A stretch of 64,000 nucleotides of DNA from the NCBI GenBank assembly GCA_963700635.1, contig CAVOYH010000001.1, forward strand, positions 256,001 to 320,000, given 5' to 3'. Both the position numbers and the translations under genes were made by a program. The notes beneath the pieces were generated by a model. The model saw only the letters and a program-made list of their open reading frames with translations, ran no database searches and was not told the origin of the DNA. The stretch is from an uncultured Bacteroidota bacterium. Lineage in GTDB: Bacteria > Bacteroidota > Ignavibacteria > UBA10030 > UBA6906. Positions 35,596-45,123 of the stretch are shown here, one piece after another. Numbering within the stretch: the stretch's first letter is position 1; each line of letters starts with the position of its first letter.

Positions 35596-36792
35596 TTATC
35601 GAGTTCGGACTTTCACCCTTGTGCCCGGTGTAAGATCCGGATGAGGCCGCAGGACAACGTGGTCGCCGGCCGCCAGCCCTCCGCGGATGACGATACGGTC
35701 TCCGAGAGTCTCGCCGAGAGACACGGGTGATTCCACGATGTTCTCTTCACTCACACTGAGCACCATATCCTGGTTGTCGCGCTGTGTGACCGCGGAAAGA
35801 GGGATGGTGAGCACCGGGAGATCTGCACCCGGGGTCTGGTCCGGCTCTTCCGACAGGAACATCACTTTTGCGCTCATCTCGGGGAGCACACGCTCATCCT
35901 TTGCACGGAATGCAACTTTAGTAAGGACTGTGGCCTTGGCGCGATCCGCGGTCGGCACGATTTTGTGAACAACACCCCCGTACCGTTTGTCAGGGTAGGC
36001 ATCCAGGATGATTTCACACGGTTGTCCGGGATGAACACGGATAATATTGGATTCGGAGACGTCCGCCTCCACCTGCAGGGAGCTCATATCGGCCATGGTA
36101 ACGACAGCACCCCGGGAGTTCACCGATGACGCAAACGGCGCCACCACCTCGCCGACATCCGCGTGTTTGGTGAGCACGGTGCCGTCGAACGGTGCCCTGA
36201 TGCGGGTGTTTTCCACGGATACCTCCGCTGCGCTGACGACCGCCTCGGCGTAACGTATGGTCGCCTCCACCCGCGCAAATCGGGCCTGCGCTGCATCCAG
36301 ATCTGCCTGGGCCGACAGGCTGGATGCATGGAGTTGTTGCTGCCGTTCAAGCGTAAGTCTCGCGTCCTGGTGATCGGCTCGTGCCACGCCCAGATTTGCT
36401 TCGGCCTGTCGGAGCGCCGCCAGGACATCCTGATCTTCAAGGCGTGCGATAATCTCGCCTTTCTTCACACGATCCCCCTCCTCAAACCCGAGGAATTCCA
36501 GGCGGCCCGTGCCTTTTGACGCAACCGCTGCTTTCACCTGGGCCACAACGTAACCGTTTGCGGTGAGCACGGCATTCGCCTGTGAGGGTGACGTGAGCGT
36601 TGCCGTTGCGAGATCCACTTCCGGCGTCCCGGTGAAAACGCCTTTCAGGAGAAAATATCCGAGCACTGCCAGAAGAACGATAGCCGCAGGAATGATGATC
36701 TTCCAGGGAACGGTCGGTCCCTGGGGCGACTCCTTCGGGTTTCGGTTTATGCGCAATGCGGACAGATCTGCCTGTTCAGTAGAGGTGCTCAT
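35596..36792 (-). CDS. Efflux periplasmic adaptor (MacA-like membrane fusion protein)
   Basis: N-terminal [48 protein letters not shown]. Confidence 0.9.
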   Translation of the reverse strand: MSTSTEQADLSALRINRNPKESPQGPTVPWKIIIPAAIVLLAVLGYFLLKGVFTGTPEVDLATATLTSPSQANAVLTANGYVVAQVKAAVASKGTGRLEFLGFEEGDRVKKGEIIARLEDQDVLAALRQAEANLGVARADHQDARLTLERQQQLHASSLSAQADLDAAQARFARVEATIRYAEAVVSAAEVSVENTRIRAPFDGTVLTKHADVGEVVAPFASSVNSRGAVVTMADMSSLQVEADVSESNIIRVHPGQPCEIILDAYPDKRYGGVVHKIVPTADRAKATVLTKVAFRAKDERVLPEMSAKVMFLSEEPDQTPGADLPVLTIPLSAVTQRDNQDMVLSVSEENIVESPVSLGETLGDRIVIRGGLAAGDHVVLRPHPDLTPGTRVKVRTR

Positions 36793-36832
36793 AAGCATTC
36801 AATGCTGTAACGTGCCCGTTGGGAGAAAAGTT

Positions 36833-37168
36833 TCATGGTTCGAGAGACTTCTTGTACGCCCATTCCATGTACGGAAGATCCAGTACTGTGCGTTTCTCCA
36901 GAGCCAGCGGCTTCTTTGTTGCCGTCGTGAAGCCTATGCCGGATGTTTTCTCTTTCGGTGGCGGGGGTGGAATCTTCACATCCGGGGAGTTGTACATAGG
37001 CTCCCCGGGTTCACGCTCCACGATGAGGGTGGCCCCCTCAGGGCGTGTTTTGGACGGCGGATAGGAATACACAGAGTAGATTCCCGTCCACACGGCAAAT
37101 GCCATCCAGAACACACCGGCAAGCGCGGCGAGAATTACAAGGACTAGAAATCGTTTGAGCCATTTCAT
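36833..37168 (-). CDS. Hypothetical small membrane-anchored protein
   Basis: N-terminal hydrophobic helix, GGAG SD, PPPPP tract. Fills the gap between OPT and the MacA-like gene. Confidence 0.72.
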   Translation of the reverse strand: MKWLKRFLVLVILAALAGVFWMAFAVWTGIYSVYSYPPSKTRPEGATLIVEREPGEPMYNSPDVKIPPPPPKEKTSGIGFTTATKKPLALEKRTVLDLPYMEWAYKKSLEP

Positions 37169-37211
37169 GGGTATGCTCCCTGATCGGTTACGAACATCTT
37201 CAAGGCGCCTG

Positions 37212-39194
37212 CTAATCCTCGACTTTTGCCCGCATGGAGTCCATCAGCGCATAGGCGAAGAGCAGGAGAAATGCTATGAGTCCGACGAGTTCGGCGAGGC
37301 GTGTTTGCGCCCAGCCGTGGATTTCTAAATCGAGACCGCCGAACCGCAGGAACGCACTCAGCACGCCGAAGAGTGACCCCCCGGCGATAAAACCGGAGGC
37401 AATAAGTGTTCCCCGTGAGAAGCGGGCGTTGTTGAGTTTTTCGTTTTTTGACCTCGAGGTCACCCACCAGGCGAGGAGACCGCCGACGAGGAGCGGCGTA
37501 TTGAGTTCCTGCGGGATATACATGCCCAAGGCAAAGGCGAGGGGTGGGATCTTCACCATCACAAGGAGCAGCGCGATGATTGCTCCGAACAGATAGAGTG
37601 ACCACGGCGCCGGGGAGTCGGACATGAGCGGCTGGATCACCGCGGCCATGGCATTGGCCTGGGGCGCAGCGAGTGCACCTTCTCCGGTGAATCCGAACGT
37701 CTGGTTCAGCACAAGGATGACCCCGCCCACAGTGGCGGCAGAGAGGAGCACTCCTGCGAACTTCCAACTCTCCTGTTTCTTCGGGGTGGAGCCCAGCCAG
37801 TACCCGACTTTGAGATCTGTTATAAATCCCCCGGCCACGGAGAGGGCAGTGCACACCACTCCGCCGATAATCAGAGCACTCACCATGCCGGCTGTTCCCG
37901 AAAGACCCACCTGCACGAGCACGAACGACGAAAGGATAAGCGTCATGAGTGTCATGCCCGAAACCGGGTTTGTGCCGACGATCGCGATGGCATTGGCGGA
38001 GACCGTCGTAAAGAGGAAGGCGATGGCCAGCACAATGCCGATACCAACCAGCGCGTGCGTAATGTCAAAGACCACGCCGGTGTAGAAGAATATGAACAGC
38101 AGGATTGCCGTCAGGAGTATAAGTTGAATGTTGAACAGTATGCGCAGATCAGTCTGGGTTCTGGACGTTTTCGTGTTTTCAGCTTCTCCCCGGTGAAAGA
38201 TCTCCCTGAACGCCAGCGTGAATGCGCCGCCAATGATCCGGGATGACCGGATGATGCCGACAATACCTGCCATGGCAATTCCGCCGATACCGATTTGGCG
38301 CACGTAGGTCCTGAAGATTTCTTCTGCAGACATCTCCGCGATCAGTTTTGTGGCTGTGGCCCCAAAGGGGGATGTCAGCGATTGACCGAGCTCGGCGAAT
38401 ATCGGCACAAGAACAAACCAGGAGAGGAACGATCCGGCGGCAATGATGGCAGAATACTTCAGTCCGACGATGTACCCGAGCCCGAAGATCATTGCGGAAA
38501 CATTAAACCGGGCCACCAGTTTCAGTTTGTCGGCCAGGACTTCCCCCACGGAGAGCATCCGTGATGTGATAACTTCGGCCCAGAGACCGAACGCGCTGAA
38601 GAGGAAGTCAAAAATTCCCCCGATGAGCCCGCTCACGACAAGGACCACGGCCTGTGAACCGCCTTTTTCACCGGCGACAAGGATTTCCGTTGTCGCGGTA
38701 GCCTCAGGGAACGGAAACTTGCCGTGCATGTCTTTTACAAAGTACTTGCGAAAGGGGATAAGAAAAAGGATGCCGAGAAACCCGCCGAGCGCGGAGGCAA
38801 AGAACACCTGGAAGAAATCGGCGGGCAGATCAAGGATGTACAGTGCAGGGATGGTAAAGATCGCTCCGGCTACGATAACGCCGGATGATGCGCCAATGGA
38901 CTGAATGATCACATTCTGGCCGAGCGCATTGGATTTGCCAAGAAGTGTGGACATCCCGACAGCAAGGATGGCGATCGGTATGGCGGCCTCGAACACCTGC
39001 CCGATCTTCAGTCCTGAGTACGCCGCCGCAGCCGAAAAAAGGACGGCCATCAGCAAGCCCATGATCACCGAATACGGGGTGACTTCCCGGGGAGTGGAAG
39101 TGGCGGGCATGATCGGCCGGTATTCTTCTCCCGGCTTGAGCTCTTTGTACGCATTGTCCGGCAACCCATGGCCGGCTGCTGCCTGGTGTTCCAT
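37212..39194 (-). CDS. OPT-family oligopeptide transporter
   Basis: GLKIGQVFEAAIP, FPEATA, GTNPVSGMT, DLKVGYWLG.TP..Q, APQANAM. Many TM helices. AAAGGAG SD before ATG 39194. Confidence 0.93.
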   Translation of the reverse strand: MEHQAAAGHGLPDNAYKELKPGEEYRPIMPATSTPREVTPYSVIMGLLMAVLFSAAAAYSGLKIGQVFEAAIPIAILAVGMSTLLGKSNALGQNVIIQSIGASSGVIVAGAIFTIPALYILDLPADFFQVFFASALGGFLGILFLIPFRKYFVKDMHGKFPFPEATATTEILVAGEKGGSQAVVLVVSGLIGGIFDFLFSAFGLWAEVITSRMLSVGEVLADKLKLVARFNVSAMIFGLGYIVGLKYSAIIAAGSFLSWFVLVPIFAELGQSLTSPFGATATKLIAEMSAEEIFRTYVRQIGIGGIAMAGIVGIIRSSRIIGGAFTLAFREIFHRGEAENTKTSRTQTDLRILFNIQLILLTAILLFIFFYTGVVFDITHALVGIGIVLAIAFLFTTVSANAIAIVGTNPVSGMTLMTLILSSFVLVQVGLSGTAGMVSALIIGGVVCTALSVAGGFITDLKVGYWLGSTPKKQESWKFAGVLLSAATVGGVILVLNQTFGFTGEGALAAPQANAMAAVIQPLMSDSPAPWSLYLFGAIIALLLVMVKIPPLAFALGMYIPQELNTPLLVGGLLAWWVTSRSKNEKLNNARFSRGTLIASGFIAGGSLFGVLSAFLRFGGLDLEIHGWAQTRLAELVGLIAFLLLFAYALMDSMRAKVED

Positions 39195-39210
39195 ACTGCT
39201 TCTCCTTTGG

Positions 39211-40467
39211 TCAGGCGTGAGAGTGTTCAACCCAGATCTGGGCGAGGTTGACTACTGTGCTGACGGCGTTTTCCATTGCTTCGACAGACAACCATTCCGT
39301 CAGCCCATGATAATTCTGTCCCCCGGTGAATATGTTCGGCGTTGGCAGTCCCTTTTCTGTGAGGCGTGATCCATCAGTGCCTCCCCGGATCGGGACCCAC
39401 CGTGGTGTAAGCCCGGCACGGCGTGTGGCTTCCCACAGGCAGTCTGTGACCCGCGGATCCTTCTCAAGCCCATCACGCATGTTGCGGTAGGACTCGCGGA
39501 TCTCCAGTTCGATGCGCGCCTTTGGATGTAGAGGTTGTACGTCGGCGATAATGCGTCGCAGGATTTCCTCCTGCACCTTGAGTCCGGATGTCTCAAAATC
39601 GCGGAGCAACAACTTCAGGGTGGACATGGCTTCTTCGCCTTCACACCGGTGCGGGTGAATGTAGGGCTCGTACCCTTCGGTAGTTTCAGGTGCCATATCG
39701 TTCGGGAGGCGGACGATGATGTCTGCGAGGGCACGCAGGGAGTTCACCATGATACCCTTTGCGGTTCCCGGATGAATATTCCGTCCGTGTACCGTGATGG
39801 TCGCTGAATTGGCGCTGAACGTCTCTTTGTTCAGCTCGCCGGGGGTATCACCATCCACCGTATAGGCAGCGACCGCGCCAAACTTCTGGAGATCAAAAAA
39901 CTTTGTTCCATTTCCGACTTCCTCGTCCGGCGTGAATCCTATGCGAATGTCTCCATGTAACAGTGCGGGGTTTCCCAGAAGGGTCTGCACGGCCGTCATG
40001 ATAATTGCGATGCCAGCCTTGTCATCTGCGCCAAGCAGGGTTGTCCCGTCAGAGGTGACGATGGTCTTCCCGATGTTCCTTGCCAATTCGGGATTTTCCT
40101 CGGCGCGGATTACCACTGCCGGATTTGCCGGGAGCACAATGTCCCCTCCGGGATAAGCGCGAATAATCTGGGGCCGAACGTTTTCCCCGCTTGCCGAGGG
40201 TGATGTATCGACGTGGGCAACAAATCCGATGACAGGGACTTTTCCATGCGCACGATGGGTCTTCGGAAGAGTGGATGGCACCGTTGCCATGACATATCCG
40301 TGCCCGTCAATGTCAACGTCGGCGAGTCCGAGACTCCGGAGTTCTTGTACAAGGAGATTCAGAAGGTCAAATTGTTTGGCCGTGCTGGGATAGGTTTCGG
40401 AGTCCTCTTTTGACTGGGTGTCGATTTTGGCGTAGCGGACAAAACGATCGAGTGCTGTATCAGACAT
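39211..40467 (-). CDS. pepT: Peptidase T (M20B tripeptide aminopeptidase)
   Basis: RF.RYAKIDTQS, AHVDTS, LLGADDKAG, FTPDEEVG, HPGTAKG.MVN, PIRGGTDG, PNIFTGG.N.H. Confidence 0.95.
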   Translation of the reverse strand: MSDTALDRFVRYAKIDTQSKEDSETYPSTAKQFDLLNLLVQELRSLGLADVDIDGHGYVMATVPSTLPKTHRAHGKVPVIGFVAHVDTSPSASGENVRPQIIRAYPGGDIVLPANPAVVIRAEENPELARNIGKTIVTSDGTTLLGADDKAGIAIIMTAVQTLLGNPALLHGDIRIGFTPDEEVGNGTKFFDLQKFGAVAAYTVDGDTPGELNKETFSANSATITVHGRNIHPGTAKGIMVNSLRALADIIVRLPNDMAPETTEGYEPYIHPHRCEGEEAMSTLKLLLRDFETSGLKVQEEILRRIIADVQPLHPKARIELEIRESYRNMRDGLEKDPRVTDCLWEATRRAGLTPRWVPIRGGTDGSRLTEKGLPTPNIFTGGQNYHGLTEWLSVEAMENAVSTVVNLAQIWVEHSHA

Positions 40468-40487
40468 AATAGGCCTCATCTCCAGGT

Positions 40488-42860
40488 TTATTCCACGGTA
40501 ATTTCATCTGCATAGATCCAGGTTGGTTGGAGTGCAAACTTGTGCCAGTCGGGGGCCGGCCCGGGCGAGGTGGCGACGAGCTTTACAAACCGTGCAGACA
40601 TCCCCTGGAGCCCGAGAGTATAGTCCCGTACAACGGGCCGCGGGTCTTTTACCGGAGATGGATGTTGTATGTATCCGGCGTGTGTATACGCAACACCGTC
40701 CTCTGAGATGCTTACTGCCACTGCAGGCGGAGGGAAGGCTAAACGCACGGTCTCGTGGAAGAAGCCTGCGGTAAGACGATGCACGGGAACAACGCTGCCC
40801 AGATCCAGTATGATGGTAATATCCCTGCCTTTCCAGCCAGTCCATTGAATGTCGGAGGCGGAAGGGGAGGCACGCCGATGGTCTATCAACCTGCCACCTC
40901 CTGCGTCAGCGGCCGCGTTTTCGGGGGGGGATGAAAGGAGGACCGATACTGCGCGGAACGGGGTCACCGAGAGGCGTCGCACTGTTGTCGGGCCGATCAT
41001 CCTGCCCTCTTTGAAGGTGGCCGTCGTGAGCGTGCACGAGGTGCTGACGTCAAACGGTTCCCTGTACAGTGCAGATAATGATGTCGGTGTGGATCCATCG
41101 AGTGTGTACCGGATCTCACCCCTGCCGCTTTGGGAGGAGAGAGCAACTATACGTTTCCAGGCGGCCGTGTCAAAGGAGTCGGTCACCGATACGGCCATAA
41201 TACTTCGCGCGGCGTTGATACCACGCGCATCGTACCTCTTGAACTGGGTTTCGAGCCGGTCCAGGAACGACGGCCATGAACGCAGGGAGCGTGCCGTCCA
41301 CCCCAGTTCCGCCGTGGCTGCGATGCGCGGGAAGATCATGTACTCTGCTGTGGTGGAATCGGGCACATATTCCGCCCAGAGGTTTGCCTGCACGCCAAGG
41401 ATATGCCGGGCCTCGGCGGGAGTCAGGCTGTCCGGGGTGGGCTCAAAGGAATAGACGGTTTCCAGGGGAAGGTAGCCGCCGATGGCGAGTGGCTCCAGCA
41501 CCGGGGCTCCCTGGTAATAGTCCAAATAGCAGTGTGACGTGGGAGTCATCACCACGTCGTGTCCGCTCCGAGCGGCTTCGATCCCGCCCTGCGTCCCCCG
41601 CCACGACATCACAGCGGTCCGGGGGGGTAATCCCCCTTCGATGATTTCGTCCCATCCGATCAGCCGTTTGCCCAGACGGGTGAGTGTCGTTTCGATGCGC
41701 CGTGTGAAGTAGCTCTGGAGTTCCATTTCATCGGCGAGTCCCTCGGCGCGTATACGGGCCTGACATTTTGGACATCGTCTCCACTCGGTCTTGTCGGCCT
41801 CATCGCCACCGATGTGAAGAAACGTACCGGGAAAGAGATCCACGACTTCTGCAAGGACGTTCTCCAGGAACACAAACACGCTGTCGTTGCCGCCACAGTA
41901 GATGTCTTTGATCGGCCAGACGCTGCCCGGGGGGACGGTAAATGGTCCGCCGGTGCAGGACAGTTCGGGAAATGCGGTCAGCACCGCTGTTGCGTGGGAG
42001 GGCATTTCGATTTCCGGAACGATGGTAATGTAACGATCGGCTGCATAGCGTACGATCTCGCGTATCTCGTCCTGAGTATAAAACCCTCCATACAGGGCGG
42101 GTTCACCGGCAGTCTGCGCAGGGCGGATATTCCAGTGGACGTCCTCCTTGTCCGCTCTCCAGGCCGATGTCTGCGTGAGCCGGGGGTACTTCTTGATTTC
42201 AATGCGCCATCCCTGATCGTCATTCAAATGCCAGTGGAATGTGTTCATCTTGTGCATGGCGAGATAGTCGATCACCTTCTTCACAAACTGTTTTGGCAGA
42301 AAATGGCGCGAGACATCGAGCATAAAGCCCCGCCACGTGTACCGCGGCGTGTCTATGATGGTGACACAGGGGAGTTTCCAGGCATGCAGCTTCGGGCGGC
42401 GGACAGCATAGACCTCGGGGGGGAGAAGCTGCAACACCGTCTGCGCGGCATAAAAGAAACCCGGATCGTTGTTCGCTTCAAGGACCACCGCGTCATCCCG
42501 CACCTCCAGCCGATAACCCTCACGATGAAGGGATTCGTCACGTATGGGGCGAAACGAGATATAGTCTTTCCTGGGCGTCGCCGCGGCATCAACAACCTTC
42601 AACGGAAACCCCGTGCTCCGGCGGAGGATGTCGGCCAGATACAGAACGCTCTTTTGAGTTTCAGGATTACCGGTATGATAGACAAGCACCGTACCTGGTC
42701 CGACGGTAAAAAACCCGGCGCTTCGCACCACCGACAGGGGTTGTGGGACGATGTGCAGGGGCGATCCTTCCGCGGCCTGTGGCACTTGTGCGGGGAGATT
42801 GGCTGAAAGAGGCACGATGCCTCCGAAACACAGGCACAGAATAGCGGCAAGGCGCACCAT
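40488..42860 (-). CDS. GH20 beta-N-acetylhexosaminidase with C-terminal accessory domains
   Basis: PRY.WRGFMLDVSRHF, HWHLNDDQGWR, PEIEMPSH, HIGGDE. C-terminal IRYTLDGS.P (Fn3-like) and F5/8-like domain. Signal peptide. Start could be 42866. Confidence 0.93.
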   Translation of the reverse strand: MVRLAAILCLCFGGIVPLSANLPAQVPQAAEGSPLHIVPQPLSVVRSAGFFTVGPGTVLVYHTGNPETQKSVLYLADILRRSTGFPLKVVDAAATPRKDYISFRPIRDESLHREGYRLEVRDDAVVLEANNDPGFFYAAQTVLQLLPPEVYAVRRPKLHAWKLPCVTIIDTPRYTWRGFMLDVSRHFLPKQFVKKVIDYLAMHKMNTFHWHLNDDQGWRIEIKKYPRLTQTSAWRADKEDVHWNIRPAQTAGEPALYGGFYTQDEIREIVRYAADRYITIVPEIEMPSHATAVLTAFPELSCTGGPFTVPPGSVWPIKDIYCGGNDSVFVFLENVLAEVVDLFPGTFLHIGGDEADKTEWRRCPKCQARIRAEGLADEMELQSYFTRRIETTLTRLGKRLIGWDEIIEGGLPPRTAVMSWRGTQGGIEAARSGHDVVMTPTSHCYLDYYQGAPVLEPLAIGGYLPLETVYSFEPTPDSLTPAEARHILGVQANLWAEYVPDSTTAEYMIFPRIAATAELGWTARSLRSWPSFLDRLETQFKRYDARGINAARSIMAVSVTDSFDTAAWKRIVALSSQSGRGEIRYTLDGSTPTSLSALYREPFDVSTSCTLTTATFKEGRMIGPTTVRRLSVTPFRAVSVLLSSPPENAAADAGGGRLIDHRRASPSASDIQWTGWKGRDITIILDLGSVVPVHRLTAGFFHETVRLAFPPPAVAVSISEDGVAYTHAGYIQHPSPVKDPRPVVRDYTLGLQGMSARFVKLVATSPGPAPDWHKFALQPTWIYADEITVE

Positions 42861-42914
42861 GGGCACTTCCTCCAGATGAGAAAAACGTATTACATTGAGG
42901 CGCGGTCCCGGGAC

Positions 42915-44030
42915 TCAGGACGTGATCATGCCGGCAACATACCGCGCAATTGCGGGTGATGCGGTGAGACCTGGCGATTCAATTCCGATGAGGTTGATGA
43001 GGCCAGGCAGCCCGCGCTCCGTTTCATGGACAATGACAAAATCGCGCACCGGATCCCCCTTGGCCTGGATCTTCGGGCGGATGCCGCTCATGTCCGGCGA
43101 AAGGTCCTCGTCGCGGACCATCGGCAGAATACGCCTCACCGATTGTGCGAAGGCGTCCCGCTTTGCCGGATCAACAGTGTACGGGAGCGAGCGATCGGGG
43201 AGGTATTCCACATCCGGTCCGAATTTTAACCTTCCGCCCAGGTCAACAACTGCATGGACGCCGAGGGAATGTTTGGTCGGGACGGGATACACAAGCCGGC
43301 GAACAAGGGAACTCATCGATCCGGGTAGCGCGAAATAGGATCCCTTGCAGTAATGGATCCGGTACCCCGCGCCCGCAACGTCTATTCCCGTCAGCCCTGC
43401 GATCGTATCGGCTTCCAGGCCTGCGGAGTTGACCAGCCATTCGGTGGTGAAGGTGGATGTCTGTTCGCCTTCGCGGATCGTTACACGAAACCCCTCGGAG
43501 AGTTTCTCCAGGCCGATCACCGTGCAGTGCGTCTGCACTTCGCCGCCGTGTTTGCGAACCTCATGATAGAAGAAATCCATAAGACCATGAGCGCTGATAA
43601 TCCCCGTAGAAGGTGAGAGAAGCCCTCCTACCGTGGTGATGTTTGGTTCGAGCGCGCTCACGGCTGCGGCGGTCAGTCGTTCAAGCGGGGCACCATTGGT
43701 GGTGCCGACTGAATACAGGCGGTCGAGTTCGGCCGTTTCCTCTTCGCTGGTGGCCGTGATGATTTTGGTGATACGCTGATGCGGGATGCCGTGACGTTCG
43801 CACAAGGCATACAACAACCCGCGTCCCTCGACGCACAGGCTTGCCTTGAGCGAGTTGGGCGGATAATAGATCCCCGCGTGGATAACCTCGCTGTTGCGTG
43901 CCGATGTCTCCTGACCATACCGGGGATTACGCTCCAGAACGAAGATGGATGAGTGGCGCGGGGCAAGTTCTGCGGCTATAGCCAGTCCGACCACGCCGCC
44001 GCCCACTATCGTTATTGCCACATCCGGCAT
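42915..44030 (-). CDS. FAD-dependent oxidoreductase, L-2-hydroxyglutarate dehydrogenase-like
   Basis: GGGVVG, ETSARNSEVIHAGIYY, VNSAGL.AD, KGSYF, LVYPVP, GIRPK, GIESPGLTAS. Confidence 0.88.
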   Translation of the reverse strand: MPDVAITIVGGGVVGLAIAAELAPRHSSIFVLERNPRYGQETSARNSEVIHAGIYYPPNSLKASLCVEGRGLLYALCERHGIPHQRITKIITATSEEETAELDRLYSVGTTNGAPLERLTAAAVSALEPNITTVGGLLSPSTGIISAHGLMDFFYHEVRKHGGEVQTHCTVIGLEKLSEGFRVTIREGEQTSTFTTEWLVNSAGLEADTIAGLTGIDVAGAGYRIHYCKGSYFALPGSMSSLVRRLVYPVPTKHSLGVHAVVDLGGRLKFGPDVEYLPDRSLPYTVDPAKRDAFAQSVRRILPMVRDEDLSPDMSGIRPKIQAKGDPVRDFVIVHETERGLPGLINLIGIESPGLTASPAIARYVAGMITS

Positions 44031-44042
44031 TCGTGATACCGT

Positions 44043-44978
44043 CTACTTGTGGTGGATGTTGGTGGGTTCTTCGATGAGGAGCCACTGCGCGTCCGGCTCA
44101 CGGCCGACAGCGGTAAAAAATTCGGCTTTGCTCCGGCGCCGCGAATTGATCCATACCTTGACGCCTGCCGAATACAGTAGAAGGGGGATATCATTCCGCG
44201 AGTCGCTCGCCACCAGGTGCGGGACACGTGATTCCCTGGCCTGGAGGGCCTGAATCTTCTCACTCCGGATCGGGATCGGTTCTACGGGGATGCTGGAAAG
44301 TGTCCCGTTGGCGGATTCAAGAGAGATCCCGATGACCTGATCGGCAGGTACTCCAAGCCGCTGGAACACCGCCTCTACGCTCCACGTGCTGCTTCCGGAT
44401 ACCGCCCAGATATCAAAGTGGTGATCCTGTAAGAGACGTACGAGTTCGAGGGACTCCTGCAAAAACCGCACACCGGTATGGACCCTTCGGCCGCCGAGCT
44501 GTCTCTCGCCGAGAGGAGACTTCAATTCATGCTCTAACGCTTCGGCTGCGAACGCGCGCACCTCCGCGGCGGGGAAACCGGCAAACAGCCGGACAATATC
44601 CGCACACGCCTTTGCGACGCGTCCGTCGGAGATCTGATCATAGTACCAGGACAAAAGGTATCCCGCAAATTCTTCAAAGGCAGGGTGCGTCGGTCGTTGT
44701 GCGGGAGTGGCGGCAGCCAGATCCCTGAAGCTCTTATCAAGTTTCTGCCGGTGAGGATGATCCAGCCAGAGCTCTGCGGGCGAAATCCGGAACTTGAACG
44801 CCTCAATCTGCCGAAAAAAGACCGCCTCTCCGATATCTCCCCGGATCACTGTTCCGTCACAGTCGAAGACGGCAAGCGGTGGCATGGGTCCCGGGTTGCG
44901 GGCTGTCTCTTCCAGGAGTTCCCGGACGGAGGGGTGATTCTCAAGCTTCGTGTGGTGCGCGTCGTTGGCGGAGTCCAT
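44043..44978 (-). CDS. HAD-superfamily hydrolase (IB type)
   Basis: Motif I FDCDGT, motif II VSGS, Lys, motif IV SDSRND. Start reassigned to ATG 44978. Confidence 0.82.
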   Translation of the reverse strand: MDSANDAHHTKLENHPSVRELLEETARNPGPMPPLAVFDCDGTVIRGDIGEAVFFRQIEAFKFRISPAELWLDHPHRQKLDKSFRDLAAATPAQRPTHPAFEEFAGYLLSWYYDQISDGRVAKACADIVRLFAGFPAAEVRAFAAEALEHELKSPLGERQLGGRRVHTGVRFLQESLELVRLLQDHHFDIWAVSGSSTWSVEAVFQRLGVPADQVIGISLESANGTLSSIPVEPIPIRSEKIQALQARESRVPHLVASDSRNDIPLLLYSAGVKVWINSRRRSKAEFFTAVGREPDAQWLLIEEPTNIHHK

Positions 44979-44985
44979 GGCGTCT

Positions 44986-45014
44986 AAGATACAAACACGT
45001 TGCCGGAAGAGCAA
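44986..45014 (-). promoter_or_regulatory. Putative sigma70 promoter of the HAD gene (leaderless)
   Basis: Minus strand TTGCTC-17 nt-TATCTT, 7 nt before the ATG. Confidence 0.5.
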
Positions 45015-45018
45015 GACA

Positions 45019-45047
45019 TTGCAAGTTCTTCGCCAAATTGGTATATT
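45019..45047 (+). promoter_or_regulatory. Putative sigma70 promoter of the lepA operon
   Basis: TTGCAA-17 nt-TATATT with extended TG. Confidence 0.65.
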
Positions 45048-45074
45048 TTGAATGTTGTCGACTTGTTCCCCGGC

Positions 45075-45110
45075 AAGTCCGTCCCGTGGCACGGGACGGA
45101 TTTTCTATTA
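45075..45110 (+). promoter_or_regulatory. Terminator-like hairpin in the lepA 5' leader
   Basis: TCCGTCCCGT-GGC-ACGGGACGGA perfect stem followed by TTTTCTATT. Confidence 0.55.
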
Positions 45111-45123
45111 TATAGAGCGGGAT

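Noticed and set aside
44979-45123. Extended N-termini in the ORF track (HAD from 45092, lepA from 45052; similarly rlmB 5777, GltP 57148, DinB 54349, GH13 20515)
   Set aside because: They overlap promoters or neighbouring genes. Downstream ATGs match the family N-termini better.
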